From Desulfobacterales bacterium (lineage in GTDB: Bacteria; Desulfobacterota; Desulfobacteria; Desulfobacterales; SpSt-501), in contig JAUQXK010000031.1 in the NCBI GenBank assembly GCA_030834695.1, forward strand, positions 24,079 to 88,078: DNA of 64,000 nt. Direction: 5' to 3'. Positions 47,099 to 56,672 of this stretch are shown one piece after another. Within the stretch, counting starts at the first letter, position 1; the number at the start of each line of letters is the position of its first letter. Below the pieces are notes generated by a model. The model made no database searches and was not told where the DNA came from. It saw nothing but the letters and a program-made list of their open reading frames with translations. Position numbers and translations under genes: made by a program.

Positions 47099-48880
47099 AT
47101 GAACTGCATTTGCTTCCGCACCGACAGGCCCCTTCATGAAGCGCCACCGAGCCCGTGGCTGCCGGCGCTCCGGTTCGCGGCGGCGTTTTTATTCCTCAAC
47201 GCCCTTCTATGCCTGGAGATTCCATTCGGAAAGACGGATGGGGGCTCGCAGTGGCGGATCTCCTTGGACGGGCTCTGTCTGCTGGCCGCCATGTGCCTGT
47301 TGGTCCGTCCGGGTCGGCGTTTCAGACCGGCCGTTTATGCCGCCGTCACGGCGGGCGTAATACTGCTCAAGCTGTTTCAGTGGACCGACCGCCTGGTCCC
47401 GGCCGTCTTCAACCGCGCCTTCAGCCTGTTTCTGGATTCCCAGCGCCTGCCGGACCTGATATTTTTATTCTGGCTGACCCGGCCACTGGAGACGCTGCTG
47501 GCGGGGATGCTCGGCGCCGGGACGATCATCGCGGGTCTGAGTTGGAGTTGTTGGGTGACGCTCAAGATCCTGCATGACGGGTTGGCAGGCCGCCCACCGG
47601 CGCACCGGAACATCCGCCTGGCCGCTACCGTTTGGTCGGGTGTGGTGCTGGCTGCCGCCGCGGGCGCGCCCGCGGGCTGGGTCGGCGGGTCCGTTGTTCC
47701 GCGGGTGGCCGAGGAAGTGGGCTTCATCCTGAACCTGGGTGAAATCCGGGACCGGCACCAGGCGCTCCTGGGGCAAGCCATGCAGCGGGCGCTTCACGCC
47801 AGCAACGACCTGCGCGAGCTGGACCGAACCTCGGTGGTTCTGATCGTGGTCGAGTCCTACGGCATGAGCGCCTTCAGCGACCCGCGCCATGCCGCAACCG
47901 TCCTTCCGGCCGTACGGGCGGCGGAAGCGGAGCTGCGGTCCATCGGCTTCGACATGTGCTCGGCCTATCTATCCGCCCCGACCTTCGGCGGAGGATCCTG
48001 GCTGTCCCACGCCACGTTGGCCAGCGGCGTCCGCATCGACAGCCAGATCGCGCACGACCTGCTGCTGGCGTCGCGTCTCGTGCCCCTGGCCGAATATTTC
48101 AACCGGGCCGGCTACCGCACGGTCCGCGCCATGCCGGCAACCTTCTGGCCCTGGTCCGAGGGCGCTTATTACCGCTACGGCCAGGTGTTCATCGCACCGG
48201 ATTTCGGCTACCGCGGCCCGACCTTCGGCTTCGCCCCCATGCCGGATCAATTCGTGCTGGACTGGGTGGCACGCCGGACCATCCAGGCGGCGCCCGCCCC
48301 GTTGTTCGCCGAGGTGATTCTGACCGGCAGCCACGCGGCCTTCGATATCCAGGCACCTTACCTTGACGACTGGGACCGGATCGGCGACGGCTCCGTTTTT
48401 CACACCCTTCTGCCCGTGCGCTTCCCCTTCGGTTGGGCCCAGTTGTCCGAGGCGTCCCCGGCTTACAGCCACGCCGTCGTCCACGTCATGACGGTGCTGA
48501 AGAACTTCATGCGCCGCTTTATCGATGGGTCTGGACTCGTCATCGTGGTGGGCGATCATCAACCGTGCGTCGAGCTCATTGGCGAGGACCAGCCCTGGTC
48601 GGTTCCGGTTCACGTGATCAGCGCCGAGCCGGACTTCATCCGGGAATTCATGCGCAGGGGGTTTACCTCCGGCCTGGTGCCGGCGCAGCCGCCGCCGCAT
48701 CCCGGCCTGGAGACGCTGTTCTGGGATTTGATCGAGGGATTCAGCAGCGGCCGAGCCGACGCCGGCAGCTGGCCTGAGCTGGGAGAACACCGCGCCCCCG
48801 CTTCCGGAGGCCGCGCACGGTCAAGGCCTGCTCACGCACCGCCATCGGCCTTTCGGCAAACCGCCGAGTTCGGCAGATAG
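47099..48880 (+). CDS. membrane-anchored sulfatase/alkaline-phosphatase superfamily protein (LtaS/phosphoglycerol-transferase-like)
   Basis: About 5 N-terminal TM helices are followed by VVLIVVESYGMSAF...FGGGSWLSHATLASG, which is the pattern of LtaS/MdoB-type transferases. The start is ATG 47099 (or GTG 47063). Confidence 0.68.
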   Translation: MNCICFRTDRPLHEAPPSPWLPALRFAAAFLFLNALLCLEIPFGKTDGGSQWRISLDGLCLLAAMCLLVRPGRRFRPAVYAAVTAGVILLKLFQWTDRLVPAVFNRAFSLFLDSQRLPDLIFLFWLTRPLETLLAGMLGAGTIIAGLSWSCWVTLKILHDGLAGRPPAHRNIRLAATVWSGVVLAAAAGAPAGWVGGSVVPRVAEEVGFILNLGEIRDRHQALLGQAMQRALHASNDLRELDRTSVVLIVVESYGMSAFSDPRHAATVLPAVRAAEAELRSIGFDMCSAYLSAPTFGGGSWLSHATLASGVRIDSQIAHDLLLASRLVPLAEYFNRAGYRTVRAMPATFWPWSEGAYYRYGQVFIAPDFGYRGPTFGFAPMPDQFVLDWVARRTIQAAPAPLFAEVILTGSHAAFDIQAPYLDDWDRIGDGSVFHTLLPVRFPFGWAQLSEASPAYSHAVVHVMTVLKNFMRRFIDGSGLVIVVGDHQPCVELIGEDQPWSVPVHVISAEPDFIREFMRRGFTSGLVPAQPPPHPGLETLFWDLIEGFSSGRADAGSWPELGEHRAPASGGRARSRPAHAPPSAFRQTAEFGR

Positions 48881-50457
48881 ACGTCGAACCGGGTGCCTTT
48901 TCCGATCCGGCTTTCAACGACAATGGCGCCTTTGTGGCTTTTGACGATGCCGGATACGACCGCCAGGCCCATTCCGGTTCCTTCCCCGCGGTGTTTGGTG
49001 GTGAAAAACGGCTCGAAGATGCGCGACCGGATTTCGGCAGGAATACCGTGACCGCTGTCCTGAACAGTGAGCTTCTGATAGGCGCCCGGCCGCAGCTCAG
49101 GATGTTCGCTTAAGAAGGCCGGAGCCGGGCGGCAGCCTTCAAGACCGATGAAGACCTCGCCGCCGTTCTGACGCATGGCGTGGGCCGCGTTCGTACACAG
49201 ATTGATGATCACCTGGTGAATCTGCGTGGGGTCTGCCATGACCTCGGTTTGGCTGAGGAGCTGCGTGCGGATCGATATCGTTGAAGGCAGCGAGGCCCGC
49301 ATCAGATTCAAGGCTTCCTCGACGATGAGGCCGACCTGAACCGGTTTGAATTCGCAATCGGACTCCCGGCTGAACGTCAGGATTTGCCTGACCAGATCCC
49401 GGGCGCGATGGCCGGCCTTGAGGACCTGCTGCAGATTGCGATTCACTGCAGATGACGCTCCGGCTCCCATCATGGCGATTTCGGTGTGCCCCAGAATGGC
49501 CGTCAGGATATTGTTGAAGTCGTGAGCGATTCCGCCGGCGAGCGTACCGATGGCCTCCATTTTTTCGGCCTGCTGCAGCCGATCTCGAAATCGGTTCGTC
49601 TCCATTTCAAGATTTTTTAACCGGGAAATGTCCGTGGCGATCTGAAGCCGGACCAAACGACCGTCCACCCACTTAATGGCCCGGTCGTAGTTGAGGTACC
49701 ATTTCCCGGTGTCCTCGCTGCGGCTTTCCCAGACAAACCCCGTTCCGGGTTGACCGCCCGAGCCGACCCGCTCGGAATCGGCGCAGCGGGCGCAGGGACC
49801 GGTTTCCCGAGGGAAAACCTCCCGGCACGTCCGTCCCCTGAGCTCCCGTCCGTAGCCAGCCTGCAAATGCCGGTTCACGAAAAGGATTTCGTGGGTGTCC
49901 AGATCGGCCACATAAATATCCGCATCGATGCTGTCGAGAACGGTGACAAAACGGGCATGCGATTCGATCAGTGCTTTCTGGAAGAGTTTGCGTTCGGTGA
50001 TATCGGATGCCGCACCGGCCAGCGCCGTCAACCGGACGGATTCATCATAGACGCCCCGCACTCGGTTGCGAATCCAGCGAATGCCGCCGTCCGGCCGGAG
50101 GATGCGATATTCGATGTCCCGCGGGCTGTCACGAATCGAGCGGATTTCCTTGAGCACCCGCGGAAGGTCCTCCGGGTGCGCGGCCCCGACGATGGCGGCT
50201 GGCGGATGCGGCGCTTGTTCCCACGGCTGCCCCCAAACGCGCTCGAAGCCGGGGCTCGCAAACAGCAATGCACTCATATCCGGCAGGCTGACCCAGAATA
50301 CTTCCTGGATCGTGGCAGCCATTTGATGAAGCAGGAAGTCCGCGGATGGGACCGTGGCCGAATTCGGATGGTCAGGGCCGGCCGGCGCCATCCGGCCTAA
50401 TAAGAGAGCGTCACCAGGTTGTTCCATGCCCTGCTTTCCTCCACAGAAAAAAGCCAT
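48832..50457 (-). CDS. PAS-domain sensor histidine kinase (HisKA plus HATPase_c), orphan
   Basis: The H-box is IGTLAGGIAHDFNNILTAILGHTEIAM and the ATPase motifs are DSGHGIP and GTGMGLAVV. Two PAS-like segments are present. No response regulator is adjacent. The start is uncertain (50457 or 50427). Confidence 0.85.
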   Translation of the reverse strand: MAFFCGGKQGMEQPGDALLLGRMAPAGPDHPNSATVPSADFLLHQMAATIQEVFWVSLPDMSALLFASPGFERVWGQPWEQAPHPPAAIVGAAHPEDLPRVLKEIRSIRDSPRDIEYRILRPDGGIRWIRNRVRGVYDESVRLTALAGAASDITERKLFQKALIESHARFVTVLDSIDADIYVADLDTHEILFVNRHLQAGYGRELRGRTCREVFPRETGPCARCADSERVGSGGQPGTGFVWESRSEDTGKWYLNYDRAIKWVDGRLVRLQIATDISRLKNLEMETNRFRDRLQQAEKMEAIGTLAGGIAHDFNNILTAILGHTEIAMMGAGASSAVNRNLQQVLKAGHRARDLVRQILTFSRESDCEFKPVQVGLIVEEALNLMRASLPSTISIRTQLLSQTEVMADPTQIHQVIINLCTNAAHAMRQNGGEVFIGLEGCRPAPAFLSEHPELRPGAYQKLTVQDSGHGIPAEIRSRIFEPFFTTKHRGEGTGMGLAVVSGIVKSHKGAIVVESRIGKGTRFDVYLPNSAVCRKADGGA

Positions 50458-50609
50458 TCACCATCACCCGCCGGTTGCGGTGGGGCGGTTTTTTTGGGTT
50501 TCACCTTCAGCACGATACACGGCCGATGGGAGGGGAGCCGTGCCAGAGGAAGGAACAGGGCCTATTTTCTGGATATTCTAACACCAACCTACTGTAACCG
50601 CAAGGAAAA

Positions 50610-53600
50610 TTAACGCAGTGGAATTTCCTGAAACGACAAGCCCAGGTTCTGCGAAAGCGCCTTCAGGTCGTCCTCGAGCCGGATCGTCCGGCCGTCGGCT
50701 TTGGAAACCGAAATCGTCTTATCGGCCACGACCACCACCTGAATCTTCCGGGGGTCGAGCAGCCGTCGTGCAAGGTGCTGGAGTTCGTCCTGCGTGCTGG
50801 TGAAAAATGCGTCCTGGATCCGATTCAGCGTGTCGAGCGGCTCACGGCGCATGGCGTAGCGGCTGTACGCCTGAACCAGCTCCGCTTTGGTGTCCACATT
50901 GAAGACGAAGCTGTTCAACGTGTCCAGGCGTTTGAGTTCCAGCTCGCGGCCGGGAATACCCTGATGCAGGGATTTCATGATGTTGACCGTTTCAAGGATG
51001 GCGTCTCCGGCCTTGTCCCCCTTGCAGCCGATGACTCCCACGAGAAGCCCTGCTTGCCATTTGGCGGTTTGATAGAATCCGGCGGAGTAGACATATCCGA
51101 GGTCATCCCGCAGCCGGGTGTACATCAGTGAGTCGTTTCCGCCGAAAACGCTCATTAAAAGGTTCAGTTTCCAAAACTCCGGGTCGGCACGGGTAAGGCC
51201 GGGCAGTATCGCCACGACATTGGACTGGACCTGCCCCGGCTTGTGAATCAGGGCGACCGCGGGCGGGCCTGTCAATGGAGCCGCCGTCGGCCGCGGCGCC
51301 GGCTCGCCGGCCGGCAAGCCGGCGATGAACCGGCTCAACGTATGCCGCACCGGCTCGAGTTGAATATCCCCGGAAATCGCCACCACCATGTTGGCGGGAA
51401 CAAAGTAGGTGGAAAGGAACCGAATCATGTCCTCGCGGGTGATGGCCGGGATGGTGTTCAGCGCGGCCAGCGGATCCCTGCCGTAGGGATGGTCTTTGAA
51501 ATGCTGGATCAGGGCCTCTCGCATGGCCACGGCCTGGGCGTCCTCACCTTGCCGCCTTAAGTTGGCCATTTCCTGCTCTTTCGCTACTCCAAACACTTTG
51601 GCATCGAATCGCGGCCGGGTGAGCACCTCTTGCAGAATCCCGAGCCCCTTCTCCCAGTCGGAGGACATCACCGAGAGCTTGACGGCGGTTTCTTCCAAGC
51701 CGATGTCCACGCCCATTTTGATGGCGTTGTCATCGAGAAGCCCGGCCAACTGCACCGGCGTGTAGCTCTCGGTTCCGCCGCGGATGATCGTGCTGTCCAG
51801 AAGGTCCGTCAATCCGGCCTTGGAATCCGGCAGGTCGACTGCACCGGATCGAAGGTAAATCGTCATGTCGATGATCGGCAGCTCGGGGTCGGGCAGAAAA
51901 AACACCTGGGCCCCGCCGATCGTCATCTGAACGGCTTCGGGATAGTCTACGCGATGCGGATGGCGGTCAAAGGACAGCGGGTGTTTCCATCCGGCGGGCG
52001 TCGGATAAATCGAATGATTCCGAAGCGGCCCCTGGTAAAGTTCGCGTTCGGCGGCGGCATTGCCGCTGAGCGAGCGGACCTCCGCATAGGCTTCGGCCGG
52101 GCCGCGCGCCGCTCCGCCCGGGATTACGTAGCTCGTCGTCTGGTTCTCGGATCGGCCATATTCCCGGGCCACTCGCCGGATGTCTTCGGGGGTGACGGCC
52201 TCCATCCGGCCCAAGTAGTCGTTGAGGTAACGCCACCCGGCCTGCACTTCCAGCGTCGCCAGGGTTCCGGCGACACTTTCGTTGCTGCGCAGCCGATCGA
52301 TGAAATCGCGCCGATTGAGCTTCTTCAGACGCTCGAGCTCCTGGGGTGCAACCAATTCGGTCTTGAGCTTTTCCAACTCGGCGAGCAGGGCCCGCTCCAC
52401 GGATTCGCAGGCCGCAAGATAAGCGGTGCGTTTTTCCTCGTCGGCGGTTCCCGGCCGCTTCAATTCAGCGGGTTCGTTGGGCGAGCCGCCCAGGATCAGC
52501 ATCCCGCCGTAGCGCTGGTCGGGGTTCCCGGCCCAGGCTTCGACCGCCAACCCTTGTTCGACGATGTTTTGGGTCAGACGGGCGCTGCGCCCCTGACTCA
52601 GCACCATGGTCAGCGCATCCAGAGCGAAGAAGTCGGGCGTGTTGATGCGTGCACCGTGGAAGCCGATGCGAACCACGGGCGTGCGCGCCCCCTCCAGGAA
52701 ACGTACGCTCTTGCGCGGCCCCTGTTGGGGCGGCTCCGCCGTGACCGATTCCGGTGCGCGCGGTCCGGTCGGGTAGCGCTCGAAGTATCGTTCGGCCAGC
52801 CGTCGGGCGTCGGCCAGGGTCACATCCCCTGCCAGCACGCAGACCGCGTTGGCCGGATGGTAGTATTTCGAGTGGAATTCCATGGCATCCCGGGTGCTGA
52901 ACCCTTCCATGTCGGATTTCCAACCGATGACCGGATTGCGGTAAGGGTGGGCGGTGTAGGCCGTTGCATTCAGGTCGAGCCAGGCCGCGCCCTCCGGATT
53001 GTTGATGTAGCGAAAGGCCCACTCGCGCTGCACGACTTCCTTTTCGACGTAAAATTCGCGCCAGGACGGTTCGAATAGCTGTTCGCTGATGATCGCGAAC
53101 CATTGCTCGATCATGTCGGACGGCACAGAGGCGACGTATTGGGTTTGATCCTGGCTGGTGAAGGCGTTGACGCCGACCGCACCGTTTTTCCCAAGCTGAG
53201 AGGAAAAGACCTGCGGGATGTACAGTTTCTGGGCTTCCAGCCTCAACTGTTCCATCTCCGCGAGATTTTCCCGAATCACCTGGAGGTCGGGATTGCGTTT
53301 GGCCTGCTCGGCCTTGACCCGATCGTAGGCGGCATCGATGCGGCCCTGGAGTTCGGCGTCCTTCTGGAAGTCGGTCGACCCGAAGTTCTTGGTGCCCTTG
53401 AACATCATGTGTTCCAGCATGTGGGCAATGCCGGTTTTACCGCGCTCTTCCAGCGCGGACCCGGCACGGATCGCCAGGCGCACCGCCACCTGGGGGGTCG
53501 CCGGCCGCTCCACGACCAGGAACAACATCCCGTTCTTCAAGGAGAACTCTTTGACCTCCAACTGGAGCCGAGCGCCGCTTTCCGACGCGCTCGTCCCCCC

Positions 53601-53657
53601 GACGGCGATCAGCGCCGCAACCAGAAAAACCATACCGAATCGTAGAATCCGCATCAT
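50610..53657 (-). CDS. secreted tandem M16 (pitrilysin/insulinase) family zinc peptidase
   Basis: ATG 53657 follows GGAGAG. The signal peptide is MMRILRFGMVFLVAALIAVGGTSASE and the HxxEH motif is HMLEHMMFKGT. The ~1015-aa length corresponds to two M16 active/inactive domain pairs. Confidence 0.85.
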   Translation of the reverse strand: MMRILRFGMVFLVAALIAVGGTSASESGARLQLEVKEFSLKNGMLFLVVERPATPQVAVRLAIRAGSALEERGKTGIAHMLEHMMFKGTKNFGSTDFQKDAELQGRIDAAYDRVKAEQAKRNPDLQVIRENLAEMEQLRLEAQKLYIPQVFSSQLGKNGAVGVNAFTSQDQTQYVASVPSDMIEQWFAIISEQLFEPSWREFYVEKEVVQREWAFRYINNPEGAAWLDLNATAYTAHPYRNPVIGWKSDMEGFSTRDAMEFHSKYYHPANAVCVLAGDVTLADARRLAERYFERYPTGPRAPESVTAEPPQQGPRKSVRFLEGARTPVVRIGFHGARINTPDFFALDALTMVLSQGRSARLTQNIVEQGLAVEAWAGNPDQRYGGMLILGGSPNEPAELKRPGTADEEKRTAYLAACESVERALLAELEKLKTELVAPQELERLKKLNRRDFIDRLRSNESVAGTLATLEVQAGWRYLNDYLGRMEAVTPEDIRRVAREYGRSENQTTSYVIPGGAARGPAEAYAEVRSLSGNAAAERELYQGPLRNHSIYPTPAGWKHPLSFDRHPHRVDYPEAVQMTIGGAQVFFLPDPELPIIDMTIYLRSGAVDLPDSKAGLTDLLDSTIIRGGTESYTPVQLAGLLDDNAIKMGVDIGLEETAVKLSVMSSDWEKGLGILQEVLTRPRFDAKVFGVAKEQEMANLRRQGEDAQAVAMREALIQHFKDHPYGRDPLAALNTIPAITREDMIRFLSTYFVPANMVVAISGDIQLEPVRHTLSRFIAGLPAGEPAPRPTAAPLTGPPAVALIHKPGQVQSNVVAILPGLTRADPEFWKLNLLMSVFGGNDSLMYTRLRDDLGYVYSAGFYQTAKWQAGLLVGVIGCKGDKAGDAILETVNIMKSLHQGIPGRELELKRLDTLNSFVFNVDTKAELVQAYSRYAMRREPLDTLNRIQDAFFTSTQDELQHLARRLLDPRKIQVVVVADKTISVSKADGRTIRLEDDLKALSQNLGLSFQEIPLR

Positions 53658-53860
53658 GCCTGTCTCTCCGTAAGGATATGAATGAAGCCGCAAGAATCGC
53701 GACGAGGCAGAACGTATGGCCGGCCGCGGCGTTTTTCAAGCCCGGAGTTGCCTCCTGCTCCGCGACGCCCCGCTTTCAAGGAAAAGGGTGCGCCGGCATC
53801 CGCTCCAACCAGACGGGAAAAAGGCGCTCGCGCTCACCCGGCCGGTCGGCATTTTGGGGC

Positions 53861-53899
53861 TTGACTTGCGGTTCATATGGTCTGTATAAAGATATACCA
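53861..53899 (+). promoter_or_regulatory. candidate sigma70 promoter with an overlapping GntR-type imperfect palindrome
   Basis: TTGACT (53861-66), an 18-nt spacer, and TATAAA (53885-90). The overlapping TGGTCTGTATAAAGATATACCA (53878-99) resembles GT-n-TA-n-AC HutC/GntR operators. It lies ~165 nt upstream of the GntR ATG. Confidence 0.35.
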
Positions 53900-54058
53900 A
53901 CATGATTTTTCAGCCGGCGGTCCGATGCAGACACACCTCATCGCAAGGTTGCAGGTGACGCTCACGCGCTTCAGCGCCGGCATCCGTTTCAACCGACGCC
54001 GCTGCCGGGAGGCCCTGGCGACACCCTGTTTTATACAACCGGAGAATTAGGCAAGGCG

Positions 54059-54859
54059 ATGCAGCAGCGTGGCGTCCCCCTGTATCTCAAAGTAGCGGCG
54101 ACCGTCAAAAGCCGGATCCACAGTGGGATCTATCAACGGGGCGAATGGATCCCGGCGGCCAAGGACCTGGCGCTGGAATTCGGGGTCAGCACCATCACGA
54201 TCCGCAAGGCCGTGGAACGCCTGATTCAGGAAGGCTATCTCGCCGCCCGTCAGGGAGCCGGCACCCGGGTGACGCTTCCGGAATTGAAAAAGGTGGAAAT
54301 CCAGATCAGTGGGGATTTCCGCGAATGGTTCGATTCAGCCTCAGGACGAAGCCCGCGACTCGAAATCCAACTGTTGGACATCGCTGCGATCCCGACTCCC
54401 CAACACATTCGCACCCTCCTGGGCGCCGGTCGGGATGAACGCGTCGGACGCCTCCGGCGACTGCGACGACACCAGGGCCACATTGTCTCCTATTTCATCA
54501 ATTACTTCCGCGTGGGGCATTTGCGACGGCTGCCGCGACGAAAACTGACCAAGCGGTCTTTCATTGAAGTCTTCCAGGAATCCACCCGCATCCGTCTGAA
54601 ACGAGCTGAGCAGCGCGTCGAATCCATCATCGCCGAGATGGACCTGGCCAACGTGCTCGACACCGACTACGGCTCACCGCTTTTTTTCGTTGAAAACATC
54701 TACTACTCGAATCAGGATCAACCGGTGGTGGTCACCCACATGTACTACCGGGGAGACTGTTACATGTATCGCGCCTCCATCTCCTTACCCGAGGGCCCCC
54801 TGCCCCTGCAACGCTCGTTTGCGATCCTGAAATCAACCGCTACGTGTCTGGAGAGCTGA
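54059..54859 (+). CDS. GntR/HutC family transcriptional regulator (wHTH plus UTRA)
   Basis: The N-terminus is PLYLKVAATVKSRIHSGIYQRGEWIPAAKDLALEFGVSTITIRKAVERLIQEGYLAARQGAGTRV. The product is 266 aa. Confidence 0.85.
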   Translation: MQQRGVPLYLKVAATVKSRIHSGIYQRGEWIPAAKDLALEFGVSTITIRKAVERLIQEGYLAARQGAGTRVTLPELKKVEIQISGDFREWFDSASGRSPRLEIQLLDIAAIPTPQHIRTLLGAGRDERVGRLRRLRRHQGHIVSYFINYFRVGHLRRLPRRKLTKRSFIEVFQESTRIRLKRAEQRVESIIAEMDLANVLDTDYGSPLFFVENIYYSNQDQPVVVTHMYYRGDCYMYRASISLPEGPLPLQRSFAILKSTATCLES

Positions 54860-54860
54860 T

Positions 54861-56129
54861 ATGCCGATGACCATCAGTGAAAAAATTCTGGCCGCCCATA
54901 GCGACCGCCCGGAGGTGACGCCCGGGGATCTTGTCGAAGCCCGCCTGGATTTTGCTTTTGCCAACGATATCACCGCACCCATGTCGATCCGGGTTTTCAG
55001 GGACGCCGGGGGGGAGCGGGTCTTCGATCCGCAACGGGTCGCCATGATCCCGGACCATTTCGTCCCCAACAAAGACATCAATTCCGCCATACAGGCCAAG
55101 GAACTGCGCGATTTCGCCCGCGACCAGCAACTGCCCCACTACTTCGAAGTCGGCCGCATGGGGATCGAACACGTCCTGCTGCCCGAACAAGGTCTGGTCC
55201 TGCCGGGGGACGTCATCATCGGTGCGGACAGCCACACCTGCACTTATGGCGCACTGGGGGCCTTCGCCACCGGCGTAGGGTCAACCGACCTGGGCGCCGC
55301 CCTGGTCACGGGCCGTACCTGGTTCAAGGTTCCGGAATCGCTTCGATTCGTTTTCAGCGGAGAGTTGGGCCCGTGGGTCGGCGGCAAGGATTTGATCCTC
55401 TACACCATCGGCCGGATCGGCGTGGACGGTGCACGCTATAAGGCTATGGAATTCACCGGCCCGGTCATCGAAAGTCTGCCCATGAGCGACCGGTTCACCA
55501 TGTGCAACATGGCCATCGAGGCCGGAGCCAAAGTGGGCATCATCGCTCCGGATGCCGTCACCGAAGCCTACGTCCGCGGTCGGGCCAAACGGCCCTTCCG
55601 ATTCTACCGTTCGGATCCGGAAGCGGTGTACGAGGCGGTGCATGAGTGGGATATCTCCGGGCTGGAGCCGCAAGTGGCCTGTCCCCACCTGCCGGAGAAC
55701 GTACGCGGGGTCAGCGAGCTGCGTGAAGTCCCGATCGACCAGGCCGTCATCGGCTCCTGCACCAACGGCCGCATAGAGGACCTGCGCATAGCCGCCAGCC
55801 TTCTCAAAGGCCGTCGCATTGCCCCTCATGTCCGCTGCATCGTCATTCCGGGCACGCCGGAGGTCTGCCGCCAGGCTCTGGCGGAAGGATTGTACGAAAT
55901 TTTCATGAATGCGGATGCGGTCGTCTCCACGCCCACCTGCGGCCCCTGCCTGGGCGGATACATGGGTATCCTCGCCGCCGGCGAACGGGCGGTGTCCACC
56001 ACCAACCGGAATTTCGTCGGACGGATGGGGCATGTGCAGAGTGAGGTTTACCTGGCGTCACCGGCGGTCGCCGCAGCCAGTGCGCTGGTCGGCCGCATCG
56101 CCCACCCGGCCGATATCGCGGCCCGATGA
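54861..56129 (+). CDS. aconitase-family hydro-lyase large subunit (LeuC/HacA-like)
   Basis: MPMTISEKILAAHS..., GADSHTCTYGALGAFATGVG and the Fe-S Cys motifs CTNGR and TPTCGPCLG. The 422-aa length is the archaeal-type LeuC size. Confidence 0.85.
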   Translation: MPMTISEKILAAHSDRPEVTPGDLVEARLDFAFANDITAPMSIRVFRDAGGERVFDPQRVAMIPDHFVPNKDINSAIQAKELRDFARDQQLPHYFEVGRMGIEHVLLPEQGLVLPGDVIIGADSHTCTYGALGAFATGVGSTDLGAALVTGRTWFKVPESLRFVFSGELGPWVGGKDLILYTIGRIGVDGARYKAMEFTGPVIESLPMSDRFTMCNMAIEAGAKVGIIAPDAVTEAYVRGRAKRPFRFYRSDPEAVYEAVHEWDISGLEPQVACPHLPENVRGVSELREVPIDQAVIGSCTNGRIEDLRIAASLLKGRRIAPHVRCIVIPGTPEVCRQALAEGLYEIFMNADAVVSTPTCGPCLGGYMGILAAGERAVSTTNRNFVGRMGHVQSEVYLASPAVAAASALVGRIAHPADIAAR

Positions 56130-56137
56130 GGTTGACT

Positions 56138-56644
56138 ATGTCGATTCGAGGAAAAATCTGGAAGTTCGGCAACGACGTCGACACCGATGTCATCATTCCC
56201 GCAAGGTACCTGAACACCTCGGAACCGGACGAACTGGCCCGCCATTGCATGGAAGACGCCGACCCCGAGTTCATCCGCAAAATCCGTCCAGGGGATATCA
56301 TTCTGGCCGGCAAGAACTTCGGGTGCGGATCGTCGCGGGAGCACGCCCCCATTGCCATCAAGGGCGCCCGGATCGGGCTGGTCATCGCCGAATCGTTTGC
56401 GCGCATTTTTTACCGCAACGCATTCAACATCGGCCTGCCCATCCTGGAATCCGCGCCAGCCGCCGCCGAGATTCAAGAAGGTGACGAGGTTGAGGTCGAT
56501 ATCGAAACCGGTGCGATCGTCGACCGCACCACCCGAAAGCACTATCAGGCCAAGGCCATCGCTCCGTTCATGCAGGAGTTGCTCGCGGCCGGAGGTCTGG
56601 TCCCTTATGTGCGACGCCTGCAGCGGCAGGCCAGCGAACGCTGA
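56138..56644 (+). CDS. aconitase-family hydro-lyase small subunit (LeuD/HacB-like)
   Basis: MSIRGKIWKFGNDVDTDVIIPARYL and GKNFGCGSSREHAP. An alternative start at ATG 56126 overlaps the leuC-like stop. Confidence 0.85.
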   Translation: MSIRGKIWKFGNDVDTDVIIPARYLNTSEPDELARHCMEDADPEFIRKIRPGDIILAGKNFGCGSSREHAPIAIKGARIGLVIAESFARIFYRNAFNIGLPILESAPAAAEIQEGDEVEVDIETGAIVDRTTRKHYQAKAIAPFMQELLAAGGLVPYVRRLQRQASER

Positions 56645-56672
56645 AATCCAAATTCAAGAAAGCGAGTGAGCC

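Noticed and set aside
50468-50495. A terminator-like CCGCC-N11-GGCGG stem followed by T7 on the plus strand, between the M16 stop and the histidine kinase start.
   Set aside because: The U-tract is on the plus strand, where no gene ends. On the minus strand, where the M16 gene ends, the stem is preceded by an A-tract rather than followed by a U-tract. The stem is only 5 bp. It could be a weak bidirectional terminator, but this is not supportable.
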